DNA of 45,413 nucleotides from positions 1 through 45,413 of the forward strand of contig JBKPAK010000142.1 of NCBI GenBank assembly GCA_046726415.1, in the 5' to 3' direction. Below, piece after piece: positions 28,614 through 38,139 of the stretch (the first letter of the stretch is position 1; each line of letters starts with the position of its first letter). The position numbers and the translations under genes were made by a program. Source of the stretch: Candidatus Methylomirabilota bacterium. Lineage in GTDB: Bacteria; Methylomirabilota; Methylomirabilia; Rokubacteriales; CSP1-6. Under the pieces are notes generated by a model. That model saw only the letters and a program-made list of their open reading frames with translations, did not search any database and was not told where the DNA came from.

Positions 28614-29828
28614 CTACGTGAGCGCGCGCGCCGCGCGGGCCAGCTCGGCTCGCTGGCCCTCGCTCTCCCAGGGAGCTTCCAGATCGCGCCGGCCGAAGTG
28701 ACCGTACGAGGCCAGACGCCTGTAAAAGAGTCCATCGTGCTGGGCGGGCAGTTCTCGAAGGCGGAATTGCTTGAGGATTGCCGCCGGCCGCAAGTCCATG
28801 GTCTCCTCGACCACCTTGGCCAAGACGTCGTCCGGTGCCATCCCCGTCCCGAACGTCTGCACCGACACGGTGAGCGGCTGGGCCTGGCCGATCGCGTAGG
28901 CCAGGTGCACCTCGCATTCCCCGCACAGGCCCGCCGCCACGAGATTGCTCGCCGCGTGGCGCGCCGCATAGGCGCCCAGCCGATCGATGTGGTCCGGATC
29001 CTTCCCCGACAGCGCGCCGCCACCGTGCCGGCTATAGCCACCATAGGTGTCCACCGTGTTTTTGCGACCGGTGAGCCCGGCGTCACGTCGCGGTCCGCCG
29101 ACGACGAACGGACCGCCCGGATTCACGAAGAGACGCGCGGTCCGTTCGAACTCGATCCCCACCTCGCCGAGGACGGGGGCCAGGACGGCCTGCCGGATGT
29201 CGTCTTCGAGCTGCCGGCCCGCTCCTGCCGGACCCTTGCGCCCCGCACTCGTCTGGACGCTGATCACCACGGTGTGCAGGCGGACCGGTCGCCGGCCTTC
29301 GAACTCCACGGCGACCAGGGTCTTCCCATCGGGTCCGAGATAGGACAGGGCCTTCGTCCGGCGTACCTCGTCGAGCCGGCGGGCGAGCCGGTGGGCCAGG
29401 GCAATGGGCAAAGGCATGCGCTCGGGGGTATGCGTGCAGGCATAGCCGAAGACGGAGGCCTGGTCGGATGCCACCATGGCGTCCAGCTCGTCTTGGGCGT
29501 CGCCGACCACGCTGCGCGCACCGTGGGGGGCGTGATGCGCCAGACTGGTGATGACGCTGGCGTTCTCCGGGTCGAAGCCTTGCGCCTCGGTGTACCCGAT
29601 GTCTCGAATGACTTTTCGCGCCACATCAGCGGGATCCACGCCGCCCGATGACGTGGAGGTCACGGCCAGAAAGACGAGCCCAGTCGCCACGGCGCATTCG
29701 GCTGAGACTTGCGCCTCGGGGTCGAGGTAGAGAAAAGCGTCCACGACGGCGTCCGAGATCTGATCACAGATCTTGTCCGGATGGCCGCGCGTCACCGACT
29801 CCGAGGTGAACACCGTCCGTCTGGTCAC
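28614..29828 (-). CDS. metK: Divergent S-adenosylmethionine synthetase (MetK paralog)
   Basis: FTSESV..GHPDKICDQISD, GLTGRK..DTYGG, GGGALSGKD, YGHFGR; GTGA overlap with the ATPase stop. Confidence 0.9.
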   Translation of the reverse strand: MTRRTVFTSESVTRGHPDKICDQISDAVVDAFLYLDPEAQVSAECAVATGLVFLAVTSTSSGGVDPADVARKVIRDIGYTEAQGFDPENASVITSLAHHAPHGARSVVGDAQDELDAMVASDQASVFGYACTHTPERMPLPIALAHRLARRLDEVRRTKALSYLGPDGKTLVAVEFEGRRPVRLHTVVISVQTSAGRKGPAGAGRQLEDDIRQAVLAPVLGEVGIEFERTARLFVNPGGPFVVGGPRRDAGLTGRKNTVDTYGGYSRHGGGALSGKDPDHIDRLGAYAARHAASNLVAAGLCGECEVHLAYAIGQAQPLTVSVQTFGTGMAPDDVLAKVVEETMDLRPAAILKQFRLRELPAQHDGLFYRRLASYGHFGRRDLEAPWESEGQRAELARAARALT

Positions 29829-32800
29829 GCTCCCTGCCCTCCTTTCACGAGACGCCTCGCGGCCTTCTCGATCTCGCGCACGACCAAGGGGGCCGTGGCG
29901 CCCGCGGCCACGGCGATCCAGTCGCCGAGGCCGAGCGGGGTCGTGCCGAGCAACCTCCGCAGCACGGGTACGGTCACGCTTGCCGTCTGCAAGGCCAACG
30001 TGCCCCCGAGCGCCCCTATCATGAGGGGATTTTGGCCGAGATCCGCGAGTCCGGAGCGGGTCTCCGAACGACAGCTCAAGGCATGGAGCAGTTGCGACGT
30101 CGTCAGTGTGGAAAAGGCCACCGTCGAGGCCTGGGCCCCCAGCCCATGCCGGGCGGCCGCGATCCCGTACGAGGCCAGGGCAGCCGCGGCCAGGAGCGCG
30201 GCATCGCGGCTGACGCCGAGCAGGGCCCGCCCGGACAGAATGGATTCGTCGCGCTCGCGTGGCTCCTGGAGCATGACGTCCCGCTCGGGAGGCTCCACGG
30301 CCAGGGCGAGCGCGGGCACCACGTCGGACAACAGGTTGATCCAGAGGAGCTGCACCGCGCTGAGCGGACGGGCAACGCCCAGCGCGATGGCGCTGACGGT
30401 GACCAGGATCTCGCTGAGGTTTGTGGCGAGGAGGAAGTTCAGCGCCTTGCGGATGTTGGTGTGGGTCGTGCGCCCCTGCTCGATGGCCCCCACCAGGGAT
30501 GTCAAGTCATCGTCGAGCAGCACGACATCGCCGAGGTCCCGCGCCACGTCGGTGCCGCTCGGCCCCATGGCCACGCCGATGTCCGCCGCCCGGAGCGCCG
30601 GGCCATCGTTGATGCCGTCGCCAGTCATGGCCACGACCTCGCCGCTGGTCTGAAGCGCCTTCACGATCTGGTACTTGTGCGCGGGCGACACGCGCGCAAA
30701 GATGTCGACCTCGCCGGCCAGCCCGCGCAGCGCCTCCGGGGTCAGCGCGGAGAGCTGCGTGGCCTCGACCACCCGGAGGCTGCCGTTGCGTTCGAGGCCT
30801 AGCGTGCGCCCCACCGCGATCGCTGTCCCGCTCTGGTCGCCGGTGAGCATCACGACGCGCATACCGGCGCGTTGGCAGGCCGCGATGGCTTTGCGCACAC
30901 CAGGTCGGATCGGATCGGCCATGCCGACCAGCCCCGCCCATATCAGGTCCTCGTGCTCGGCCGCGCCGTCCTCCGGTTCTCGGAACGCGAGCCCAAGCAC
31001 GCGCATCGCCTGGTCGGCCATGCGCGCGTTGGCAGACAGGATCTCTCGTCGCAGCTTGGGCGTCAGACGCCGGGGCGAACCGTTGGAGCCCAAGAGTTGG
31101 GTCGATCGCTGCAGGACTTCCTCTGGCGCCCCTTTGACGGCAACCAGCTCGTGGCCATCGGCGTTCCGGTGTCGGGTGGCCATCCAGTTTTGACCCTCGG
31201 CGCGGGGTCGGACGGCGGCGAGCGGGAACGCGTTGCGGACCTCTCGATAGTCCAGCCCGTGGCGCCGGGCCGCCTCGAGGAGCGCTCCCTCGGTGGCGCT
31301 GCCGCGGATCTGGGGCGCGTCGGCGGCACCCGCCAGCTCCGCCTCATTGCAGAGCACGGCCACCAAGATGGCCCGGGCCAGCCTTGGATCCGTGTCGTTC
31401 GGCGCCGAGTCGCCGGATTCGCCGCCGGCATCGGTCCGCTCCGCCCGTCTGCCTGGGTCGGCGACGAAGACGCCGTTCTCGAGCGCCCATGCCTGGACCG
31501 TCATGCGGTTCGCGGTGACGGTTCCTGTCTTGTCGACGCAGATGACCGTGGTCGCCCCCAGACTCTCGATCACTTCCAAGCGACGCACGAGAGCCTGCCG
31601 CCGCAGCATTCGATGCATACCGAGGGCGAGCGTGGTCGTCGCCACCGCCGGCAGGCCCTCAGGCACCGCAGCCACGCCGAGCGCGATTGCCGTTCGCGCC
31701 ATCTCGACCAATGACACGCCGCGGAGAAGGCCCAGGCCCAGGGCGAGCCCGCACAGCGCGGTGGTCACGCCGACCAGCGTTCGTCCCATCTGGGTGAGGT
31801 GCGCCTCCAGCGGAGTCGGCGGCGACTCCGCCTTGGCGATCAGGGCCTGGATGCGCCCGACCTCCGAGCTCGATCCGGTCTCGGTGACCACAGCCAGGCC
31901 GGTGCCGTCGCTCACCACGGTTTTCGCGAAGACCATGTTGGTGCGGTCAGCCAGCGGCGTGTCATCCGCATGCGCGACCGCGGCGCGCTTCGCCACGGGC
32001 ATGCTTTCGCCGGTCAGCAGCGATTCGTTCACGAGCAGTCCACCGTCCTCGAGGAGGCGACCATCCGCCGACACTTCGTGGCCTGCCCGCAGCAGGACGA
32101 CATCGCCCGGAACGAGCGTTGCAGCCGGGACGAGGCTGTCTTGCCCGTCGCGGCGCACCAGGGCCGTCGGGACGGCCAGCCGCTGGAGCGACGTCAGGAT
32201 CCGCTCCACGCGGCTCTCCGTGATGTACCCGACCGCGGCATTCACGACCACGACGCCGACGATCACAAGGGCGTCGAAGATGCCGCCGCTCAGGAGCGAG
32301 ACGGCTGCCGCTCCCGCGAGAAGCGCCACCGGCAAGGTGGCCACCTGATCCACGAGGATGCTCATCCGCGATTTGGGCTCAGGGGTGGGCAGGAGGTTCG
32401 CTCCATACGCGGCCAAACGCCTCTCGGACTCCATCCCCGACAGCCCACGGTCTGGGCCGACCTCAAGGTGTGCTGTGACGGCCTCGGCGTCCATGGCGTG
32501 CCAGGGTGTCCGCCGCGCAACCCTGGGCGCACGGACCGGCATCCGCCCACGACGATCGCGCCTGGGGGTGGCCCTCGCCGGGCCGCGACAGCGGGCGATC
32601 TCCACGACGAGCTGGTTCACGGTCACCTGCGTGTCGTCGAAGAAGACGAGCACGGAGCCGGTGACGGGATTGACCCGGACGGACCCTACGCAGACGAGGG
32701 CCTCCAGACGCTCGCTGATGAGCGTGGCGAGCGCGGCAGATCGCCGGAGGCCCGCGACGCGCACTCGGAGCCGGCCACGTACGGCCACCGACAAGAGCGT

Positions 32801-32866
32801 GACCTGCAAAGGATCCGCGCGTGCTGTGGCAGTCATAGGCCGGTCAGCCGCCTCCACGGCGCGCAT
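29825..32866 (-). CDS. P2A-type (Ca2+-like) cation-transporting ATPase with N-terminal HMA-like domain
   Basis: TGES, PEGL, DKTGT, KGAPE, TGD and GDGIND motifs; M5 NLSE and M6 WINLLSD; alternative start 32836. Confidence 0.93.
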   Translation of the reverse strand: MRAVEAADRPMTATARADPLQVTLLSVAVRGRLRVRVAGLRRSAALATLISERLEALVCVGSVRVNPVTGSVLVFFDDTQVTVNQLVVEIARCRGPARATPRRDRRGRMPVRAPRVARRTPWHAMDAEAVTAHLEVGPDRGLSGMESERRLAAYGANLLPTPEPKSRMSILVDQVATLPVALLAGAAAVSLLSGGIFDALVIVGVVVVNAAVGYITESRVERILTSLQRLAVPTALVRRDGQDSLVPAATLVPGDVVLLRAGHEVSADGRLLEDGGLLVNESLLTGESMPVAKRAAVAHADDTPLADRTNMVFAKTVVSDGTGLAVVTETGSSSEVGRIQALIAKAESPPTPLEAHLTQMGRTLVGVTTALCGLALGLGLLRGVSLVEMARTAIALGVAAVPEGLPAVATTTLALGMHRMLRRQALVRRLEVIESLGATTVICVDKTGTVTANRMTVQAWALENGVFVADPGRRAERTDAGGESGDSAPNDTDPRLARAILVAVLCNEAELAGAADAPQIRGSATEGALLEAARRHGLDYREVRNAFPLAAVRPRAEGQNWMATRHRNADGHELVAVKGAPEEVLQRSTQLLGSNGSPRRLTPKLRREILSANARMADQAMRVLGLAFREPEDGAAEHEDLIWAGLVGMADPIRPGVRKAIAACQRAGMRVVMLTGDQSGTAIAVGRTLGLERNGSLRVVEATQLSALTPEALRGLAGEVDIFARVSPAHKYQIVKALQTSGEVVAMTGDGINDGPALRAADIGVAMGPSGTDVARDLGDVVLLDDDLTSLVGAIEQGRTTHTNIRKALNFLLATNLSEILVTVSAIALGVARPLSAVQLLWINLLSDVVPALALAVEPPERDVMLQEPRERDESILSGRALLGVSRDAALLAAAALASYGIAAARHGLGAQASTVAFSTLTTSQLLHALSCRSETRSGLADLGQNPLMIGALGGTLALQTASVTVPVLRRLLGTTPLGLGDWIAVAAGATAPLVVREIEKAARRLVKGGQGA

Positions 32867-33072
32867 AGCAACGGGCTCCGATGCGATCCTCGTCGCGCGA
32901 CAACTGGCGTAATCGCGTGTTCAATTTTTGCCCGCGGAGGATAGCGCCGGCATGTGACCGAGCTGCGACGGAAATGTTACGAGTTGTCGACGCGCTGCGC
33001 GCTCATCACCGCCGTCCGCTCAGGGGCTTCACATCGAGCCTCCTTCGCGCTCCGGCGATCAGCCAGCTTCAC

Positions 33073-33759
33073 TTAGCTCGTCGCCGCCGCCTTCGGCGCC
33101 CGCGCGGATCGCTTCGCTCTCTTCGCGCGGGCGAGCGGACGTCGCTCAGCCTTGGGCACTCGGGCCAACGGAGGTCGCCGAACACCCGCCTCGGCGAGGA
33201 CCGTCTTGATCCCGGCGACGGTCAGGGCACCACGCAGACTCCGCCCGGCCGCCGACCCCATGCGGCTGGCAGCGAAAGCGGCACCCTCCACCGCATCGAC
33301 GGCCAGGGATCCGACATCGGTCCCCACCTCTCGAGTCGCCTGGACGGTGGCCTTGGCGGTCCGCCGGGACAGAGCTCCCACATCTCCGCCCACTTCTTCG
33401 ACGGCATCAACCGTCGCCGCCGCCGACTTCTCGACGGCGTCCGAGAGCTGGCCTCCGATCTCCCTGACGGCCTTGATCGAGCCTTGGACCGTGCCTTTGG
33501 CAAATTGGCCAATGTCGCCACCGATGTCGGAGACGGCTCGAGTAACGCTGCGAGCGGTCGCTACGGCCAAGGAGCCTATCCGGCCTCCGACATCCTCGAC
33601 CGTCTCCACCGCCGCGGTCAGGGTGTTGTGAGCCAGCTGTACGACTCCTACCGTCAGGGCTTCGGCCGCGCCTGCGACGTCCTGAACGACCCGCGTCATG
33701 GGGCCACCGTTCAGCGCCTTCATCGTCGTCGGCCTGGCCGGCATTGCCTTTACTGCCAT
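33073..33759 (-). CDS. 22-aa-repeat amphipathic helical protein with basic Ala/Arg/Lys tail
   Basis: AGGAGG SD; five 22-residue units centred on (D/E)(V/I)G(G/T). Confidence 0.8.
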   Translation of the reverse strand: MAVKAMPARPTTMKALNGGPMTRVVQDVAGAAEALTVGVVQLAHNTLTAAVETVEDVGGRIGSLAVATARSVTRAVSDIGGDIGQFAKGTVQGSIKAVREIGGQLSDAVEKSAAATVDAVEEVGGDVGALSRRTAKATVQATREVGTDVGSLAVDAVEGAAFAASRMGSAAGRSLRGALTVAGIKTVLAEAGVRRPPLARVPKAERRPLARAKRAKRSARAPKAAATS

Positions 33760-33821
33760 CGTTTCCTCCTGTGAGGCCGCGAGATCATCGCGCAGCCATG
33801 TCGTCACCATGATGCAATGCA

Positions 33822-33853
33822 GTCACCGTACGGTGACGAGCAGAGCGCGTCAA
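33822..33853 (-). promoter_or_regulatory. Sigma-70 promoter overlapped by a perfect 16-bp palindrome
   Basis: TTGACG-17 nt-TACGGT; GTCACCGTACGGTGAC covers the -10 element. Confidence 0.6.
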
Positions 33854-34524
33854 GTTACGTTTTGCCCGAAACCGATGTCAGAGGTCGGCTACGCGCTCGA
33901 CGTGGCCTTCCATCTGACCGCCTTGGCCGCCGGGGAAGCTGTTTCGCGGTTCTGCGCTCAGCAGGCGCCTGGACGCACCTCGAGTTCCTGCCCAACATCC
34001 AGCGAAGCACGTGGGGCTGAAGCTCGCGGTCCTTGCCGCAGGCGCCAAACTCGCCAAGTCTCGGCCTGTCGGCGCGTCCGAGCCCCCGAATTTTCGGAGA
34101 GCGGCGCGGCGCTGGCCCGGCCGTCGTCAGTCTCGCCCGGAGGGCACTCACCCGCAACACTGCGGCCACCGGATCGTCACGCGACCGTCGAGCGTGCGAG
34201 CCCGCTCCGTTCCGTTCTGGAACACGGGCGTTCGATTCGAAACCGTTGGGAATCGCGAAACTGCGACGGCCGCGCCGTTATCGCAAGAAGGGTGTGGAGC
34301 AGAGAGACCGATGCCCCGCGTTCTCGTGACGGTTCGCGGGGCTTCGCGCAAACGACGCGATCGCCGACGGATGTCGTGGTTCGCGGTCCGCCCATTGCAC
34401 ACCACCCCGAAGGAGCGGCGAGCGACATCGAACAGAGAGAGACGCAAACGACATACAAGAGAAATCTGAACCGGCGGTGCTGCGGGCCAGGCCCGCGGCG
34501 CTCGACCAACAAAGGAAGGAATGC

Positions 34525-35070
34525 ATGCGAGTCTTTGGACTGGCCGTTGCGCTCGGTGTGTTGGCTCTGTCAGGGTACGCCCTACCGTCGTCCGCCGGCA
34601 GTCCCACGTCGCCGGCGAACAGCTCCCGGGCGATCGAAGGTGTCTGGCGGGGAATCATCACAGGGAGGGAGTTGAACACGGGTAGCGGCGCATCAGCCGA
34701 CACCCTCACCCTGGTCGTCGCGGCCGACGGTACGTGGACGGCCACGAGGGGCAGCGAACGCTGGAAGGGTACGGTGCGGCCGGTTGGAAACGGGTTCGAG
34801 TTCGACGGCACGACGAGCGCTGGTGGCCGGCCCGTCTCGTTTATGCTCCATCGATACGGGCGCGATGGTCTGGGTGGAGCGGTGGTGACCGACACTCAGG
34901 GGCGGCGCACGTCATTGACCGCCGACTTGCGCGCTGTTCCCAGCGCTGGCAGCACCGCCGGCGGCAGCGATAGCTCGGAAGGGAGCGCGTCGCCCCCGAG
35001 TGCTCCGGCCCCGTCGAACTTTGGCCGGACGCCGGGACAGTATCCGGAGATGGGAACCCAGGCGCCGTAG
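34525..35070 (+). CDS. Exported hypothetical protein with a beta-rich domain and S/P/G-rich tail
   Basis: Signal peptide MRVFGLAVALGVLAL; IEGVWRG and DGTW motifs; AAGGA SD. Confidence 0.7.
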   Translation: MRVFGLAVALGVLALSGYALPSSAGSPTSPANSSRAIEGVWRGIITGRELNTGSGASADTLTLVVAADGTWTATRGSERWKGTVRPVGNGFEFDGTTSAGGRPVSFMLHRYGRDGLGGAVVTDTQGRRTSLTADLRAVPSAGSTAGGSDSSEGSASPPSAPAPSNFGRTPGQYPEMGTQAP

Positions 35071-35094
35071 TCAGCGCGACCGCGGCGTGAGGTT

Positions 35095-35120
35095 AGGGGG
35101 CCCCTTTCGAGGGGCCCCCT
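35095..35120. terminator. Perfect hairpin between convergent genes
   Basis: AGGGGGCCCCT-TTCG-AGGGGCCCCCT (11-bp stem); no U-tract. Confidence 0.6.
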
Positions 35121-35122
35121 GG

Positions 35123-36094
35123 CTAGTCTTCGCGCAACTCGGGAATCACCCAGCGCGGGCGACCGCCGCTGGCGACCCGTTGAATGTTGTCGAAGCCGTT
35201 GCGAAAGCGCGCCGTCCAGTTTTCCCACGTGGGCCCGGCCGAGTGCGGAGTGAGGGTGACGTTGGGAAGTGAGAAGAGCGGGTGCGCGGGCGCGGGTGGC
35301 TCCTCGACCATCACGTCGAGGCCGGCGCCGGCGATCCTCCCTGCGACGAGCGCGTCGTGAAGCGCCTGCTCGTCCACGACGGGGCCCCGGCAGGTGTTGA
35401 TGAGGGCTGCGCCCGGCCGCATCAGCGCCAGCTCCCGAGCGCCGATCAGCGTGCGCGTGGTGTCGTTGAGCGGGACGTGCAGGCTCACCACGTCCGAGGT
35501 GCGGAGCAGTTCTTCGAAGAGGACGAAGCGGACGCCGAGTCCGTCCTCCTGATCCTCCGTGAGCCGGAGCACATCGTAGTACTGAACCGCCATGTCGAAG
35601 GCCGCCGCCCGTCGCGCAACTTTCTTGCCGATGTTGCCGAGGCCCACGATCCCGAGCGTGCGCCCGGCCAGTTCGTAGATCGGCGTCTGGGCGAAGCCCC
35701 CCACCAGCCACTTGCCGGCCACCACGTTGTTGTGGTGCCAGACGAGCTTCTTGAGCACGGCCAGGATGAGCATGATGGTGTGCTCGGCTACCGCGATGGC
35801 GTTGGCGCCGCCGTTGTTGGCCACGGGGACCTTGGCCTTGCGCGCCGCTTCGATGTCGACCCGGTCATAGCCGGCGCTGGTGAGCTGGACCAGACGCAGC
35901 TTGGGTGCAGCCCGGAAGAACTCGCCGCCCATCGCGCGGGGCGAACCGAGGTAGTACTCGGCGTCCGCGGCGGCCTCGTAGAACTGTGCAGTACCCTGAT
36001 CGGCCACCGCCAATTCGAAGCCGGCGGGCGTCAACGAGCGGGCGATGTCGAGAATCGATTCGGGAAGTTTGGGACCGAGAAGGATCTTGGCCAC
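35123..36094 (-). CDS. D-isomer-specific 2-hydroxyacid dehydrogenase
   Basis: GLGNIG, SLHVPL, INTCRG, GLDV..EP, TPHSAG. Confidence 0.94.
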   Translation of the reverse strand: MAKILLGPKLPESILDIARSLTPAGFELAVADQGTAQFYEAAADAEYYLGSPRAMGGEFFRAAPKLRLVQLTSAGYDRVDIEAARKAKVPVANNGGANAIAVAEHTIMLILAVLKKLVWHHNNVVAGKWLVGGFAQTPIYELAGRTLGIVGLGNIGKKVARRAAAFDMAVQYYDVLRLTEDQEDGLGVRFVLFEELLRTSDVVSLHVPLNDTTRTLIGARELALMRPGAALINTCRGPVVDEQALHDALVAGRIAGAGLDVMVEEPPAPAHPLFSLPNVTLTPHSAGPTWENWTARFRNGFDNIQRVASGGRPRWVIPELRED

Positions 36095-36226
36095 GCTTAC
36101 ACCCCCATCCTTTCTACCTCCACGCTGGGGTTCACCGCTCTCACGACGACGTCTCCATACGCGTCAATACCTGGCGGCAAGATAATGCGCGGCGGGGCCG
36201 GAGCGCAAACCGACGGCATCCGCCGG

Positions 36227-37120
36227 TCAGGGTGGCGACTGCTCCCCGAGGAACTCGGAGACGATTCGGAGGAACTCCTCCAGGCGGTCATGGTGCAGCC
36301 AGTGGCCCGCCCCCTCGAGCCCCACCACCCGCGCGTGGCGAAACAGCGCGGCCCGCCCATCCTCGGCGGGATTGCCAGATCGGCTCTCATTTCCATACAG
36401 GAGGAGCGTCGCGCAGCTGATCCGTGACCAGAGAAGCCGGATGTCCCGGCCGCTCATGTCGTAGGGAGGCCAGGCGCGCACGTAGTTGTCGAACTTCCAG
36501 CTGTAGGTGCCGTCCTCGTTCTGATTGACGCCGTGGGCCGTCAGGTGCCTCGCCTGCTCCGCGGAGAGGTGCGGGTTCTCCTCCTGCATGCGGTGGAACG
36601 CATCCTCGATGGAGGCGTAGCGCCGGGGTAAGCGCCCGGCCAGGGCGCGCTGCTCGCGGATCCATTCGTCCATGCGCTCGACCACGGTGCTGGTGGCCCG
36701 TTCGGCCAGCACATCGGGCGGAGGCCCGATCCCTTCGATGGCGGCCAGCTTCGCCACCGCCTCCGGGTAGAGGCCAGCGTACCGGAGCGCGATCTGCCCG
36801 CCGAGCGAATGGGCGATGATGGCAACGGGCGCGAGCCGCTGCTGGTGGATCAGCTGCGCCAGATCGTAAATGTAGCCGGCCATCGTGTAGCTGCCGTCAG
36901 GCGACCACTGGCTATCGCCATGCCCTCTCAAGTCAGGGGCGATCACGTGCCACGCGTCCCGGAGCGCGGCGGCGGTCCAGTCCCAGTTTCGGCAATGATC
37001 GCGCCCTCCGTGGATCAAGAGCAGAGCCGGTCGATCGGGATTCCCCCAGTCCACGTAGTGGAGCCGCAGGCGCTGGGAGAAATAGGTGTGCGAGGTAGGA
37101 CCCGGCGCCCGATCGATCAT
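36227..37120 (-). CDS. Alpha/beta hydrolase
   Basis: HGG, DLRGHGDS, AHSLGG nucleophile elbow, AGHWLH. Confidence 0.92.
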   Translation of the reverse strand: MIDRAPGPTSHTYFSQRLRLHYVDWGNPDRPALLLIHGGRDHCRNWDWTAAALRDAWHVIAPDLRGHGDSQWSPDGSYTMAGYIYDLAQLIHQQRLAPVAIIAHSLGGQIALRYAGLYPEAVAKLAAIEGIGPPPDVLAERATSTVVERMDEWIREQRALAGRLPRRYASIEDAFHRMQEENPHLSAEQARHLTAHGVNQNEDGTYSWKFDNYVRAWPPYDMSGRDIRLLWSRISCATLLLYGNESRSGNPAEDGRAALFRHARVVGLEGAGHWLHHDRLEEFLRIVSEFLGEQSPP

Positions 37121-37238
37121 CGGCCCGGGCCGATGATACCGCAGGGCATCACCGAGACTCTTGCCCCGCGCCGCCGATGGACCGAACGCGATGCCCGGTC
37201 GCCAGGCGCAATCGCGGCGCGCACCCGCGACGACCGCG

Positions 37239-38000
37239 TCAGGTGCGATACGAGGAATCGATTCGATCGAGCCGGCGGAGCAACCCTGGCCACACCAAGT
37301 CGCCCCGTCCCTTTCGGCGCCGGGCCGAAAACGGGGCCTGGGCGTGAGCCGAATCGATGACGTCTTTCGGCACCGGGATCAGCTCGCCGCCGCCCGACTG
37401 CGCGCGCACCTGGATCGCGCAGGACGTCTCCAAATAGTACATCGCCATGAACGCGTCGGCGACGGTCTCACCCACCGTCAAGAGTCCGTGGTTGCGCAAG
37501 ATCAAGTGGGTGTTGTCGCCGAGGTCCGCAACCAGGCGAGGTTTCTCGTCATCGCGCGTGGCCACGCCTTCGAAGTCGTGGTAGCCCAGGCTCGGCAGCA
37601 CGAAGATCGAGTGCTGCGAGATGGGCTGCAGTCCCGCCCGCTGGGTGGACACGGCCATCCCATTCAAGGTGTGAGTGTGGAAGACACACTTGGCGTCGTG
37701 CCGCGCGGCGTGGATGGCACTGTGGATCACGAATCCGGCCGGGTTGACGGGGAACGGAGAATCGTCCAGCGTGGTGCCGTGCAGATCGATCTTGACCAAG
37801 TTGGAGGCCGTGATCTCGTCGAACAACACTCCGTAGGGATTGATGAGGAACTGGTCATCGGCGCCGGGCACCCGCATGGTGATGTGCGTGAAGACGAGAT
37901 CTTCCCAGCCGTAGTGCGCCACGAGCCGGTAGGAGGCCGCGAGGTTCACGCGCTCATCCCACTCTTCCGGCGCAACCCTGTCGCGCAGTGACGAAATCAT
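37239..38000 (-). CDS. Class II aldolase/adducin family protein
   Basis: FTHIT, GFVIHSAIH, HTHT, LRNHG. Confidence 0.92.
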   Translation of the reverse strand: MISSLRDRVAPEEWDERVNLAASYRLVAHYGWEDLVFTHITMRVPGADDQFLINPYGVLFDEITASNLVKIDLHGTTLDDSPFPVNPAGFVIHSAIHAARHDAKCVFHTHTLNGMAVSTQRAGLQPISQHSIFVLPSLGYHDFEGVATRDDEKPRLVADLGDNTHLILRNHGLLTVGETVADAFMAMYYLETSCAIQVRAQSGGGELIPVPKDVIDSAHAQAPFSARRRKGRGDLVWPGLLRRLDRIDSSYRT

Positions 38001-38110
38001 GGTCGTCCTTTCGCTCGGCGCTCGGGCCACCGCGCGGTCGTCCCTGCATACGACGTGACGATCCCACGCGCCGACAGCAGTCCCGAGCTTTGTCCGTCCG
38101 AGCCAACCGC

Positions 38111-38139
38111 ACGTTAGAAGCCGCCGTCGGAGATGTCAA
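38111..38139 (-). promoter_or_regulatory. Putative sigma-70 promoter of the aldolase gene
   Basis: TTGACA-17 nt-TAACGT. Confidence 0.5.

Noticed and set aside
29825-32866. Ferrosome FezB or heavy-metal P1B ATPase
   Set aside because: PEGL and the M5/M6 N, E, D residues indicate P2A type despite the HMA-like N-terminus.
33860-34520. Gene or ncRNA in the ~660-bp gap
   Set aside because: Overlapping ORFs lack SD and motif support, and I recognised no RNA family; a decayed gene cannot be excluded.
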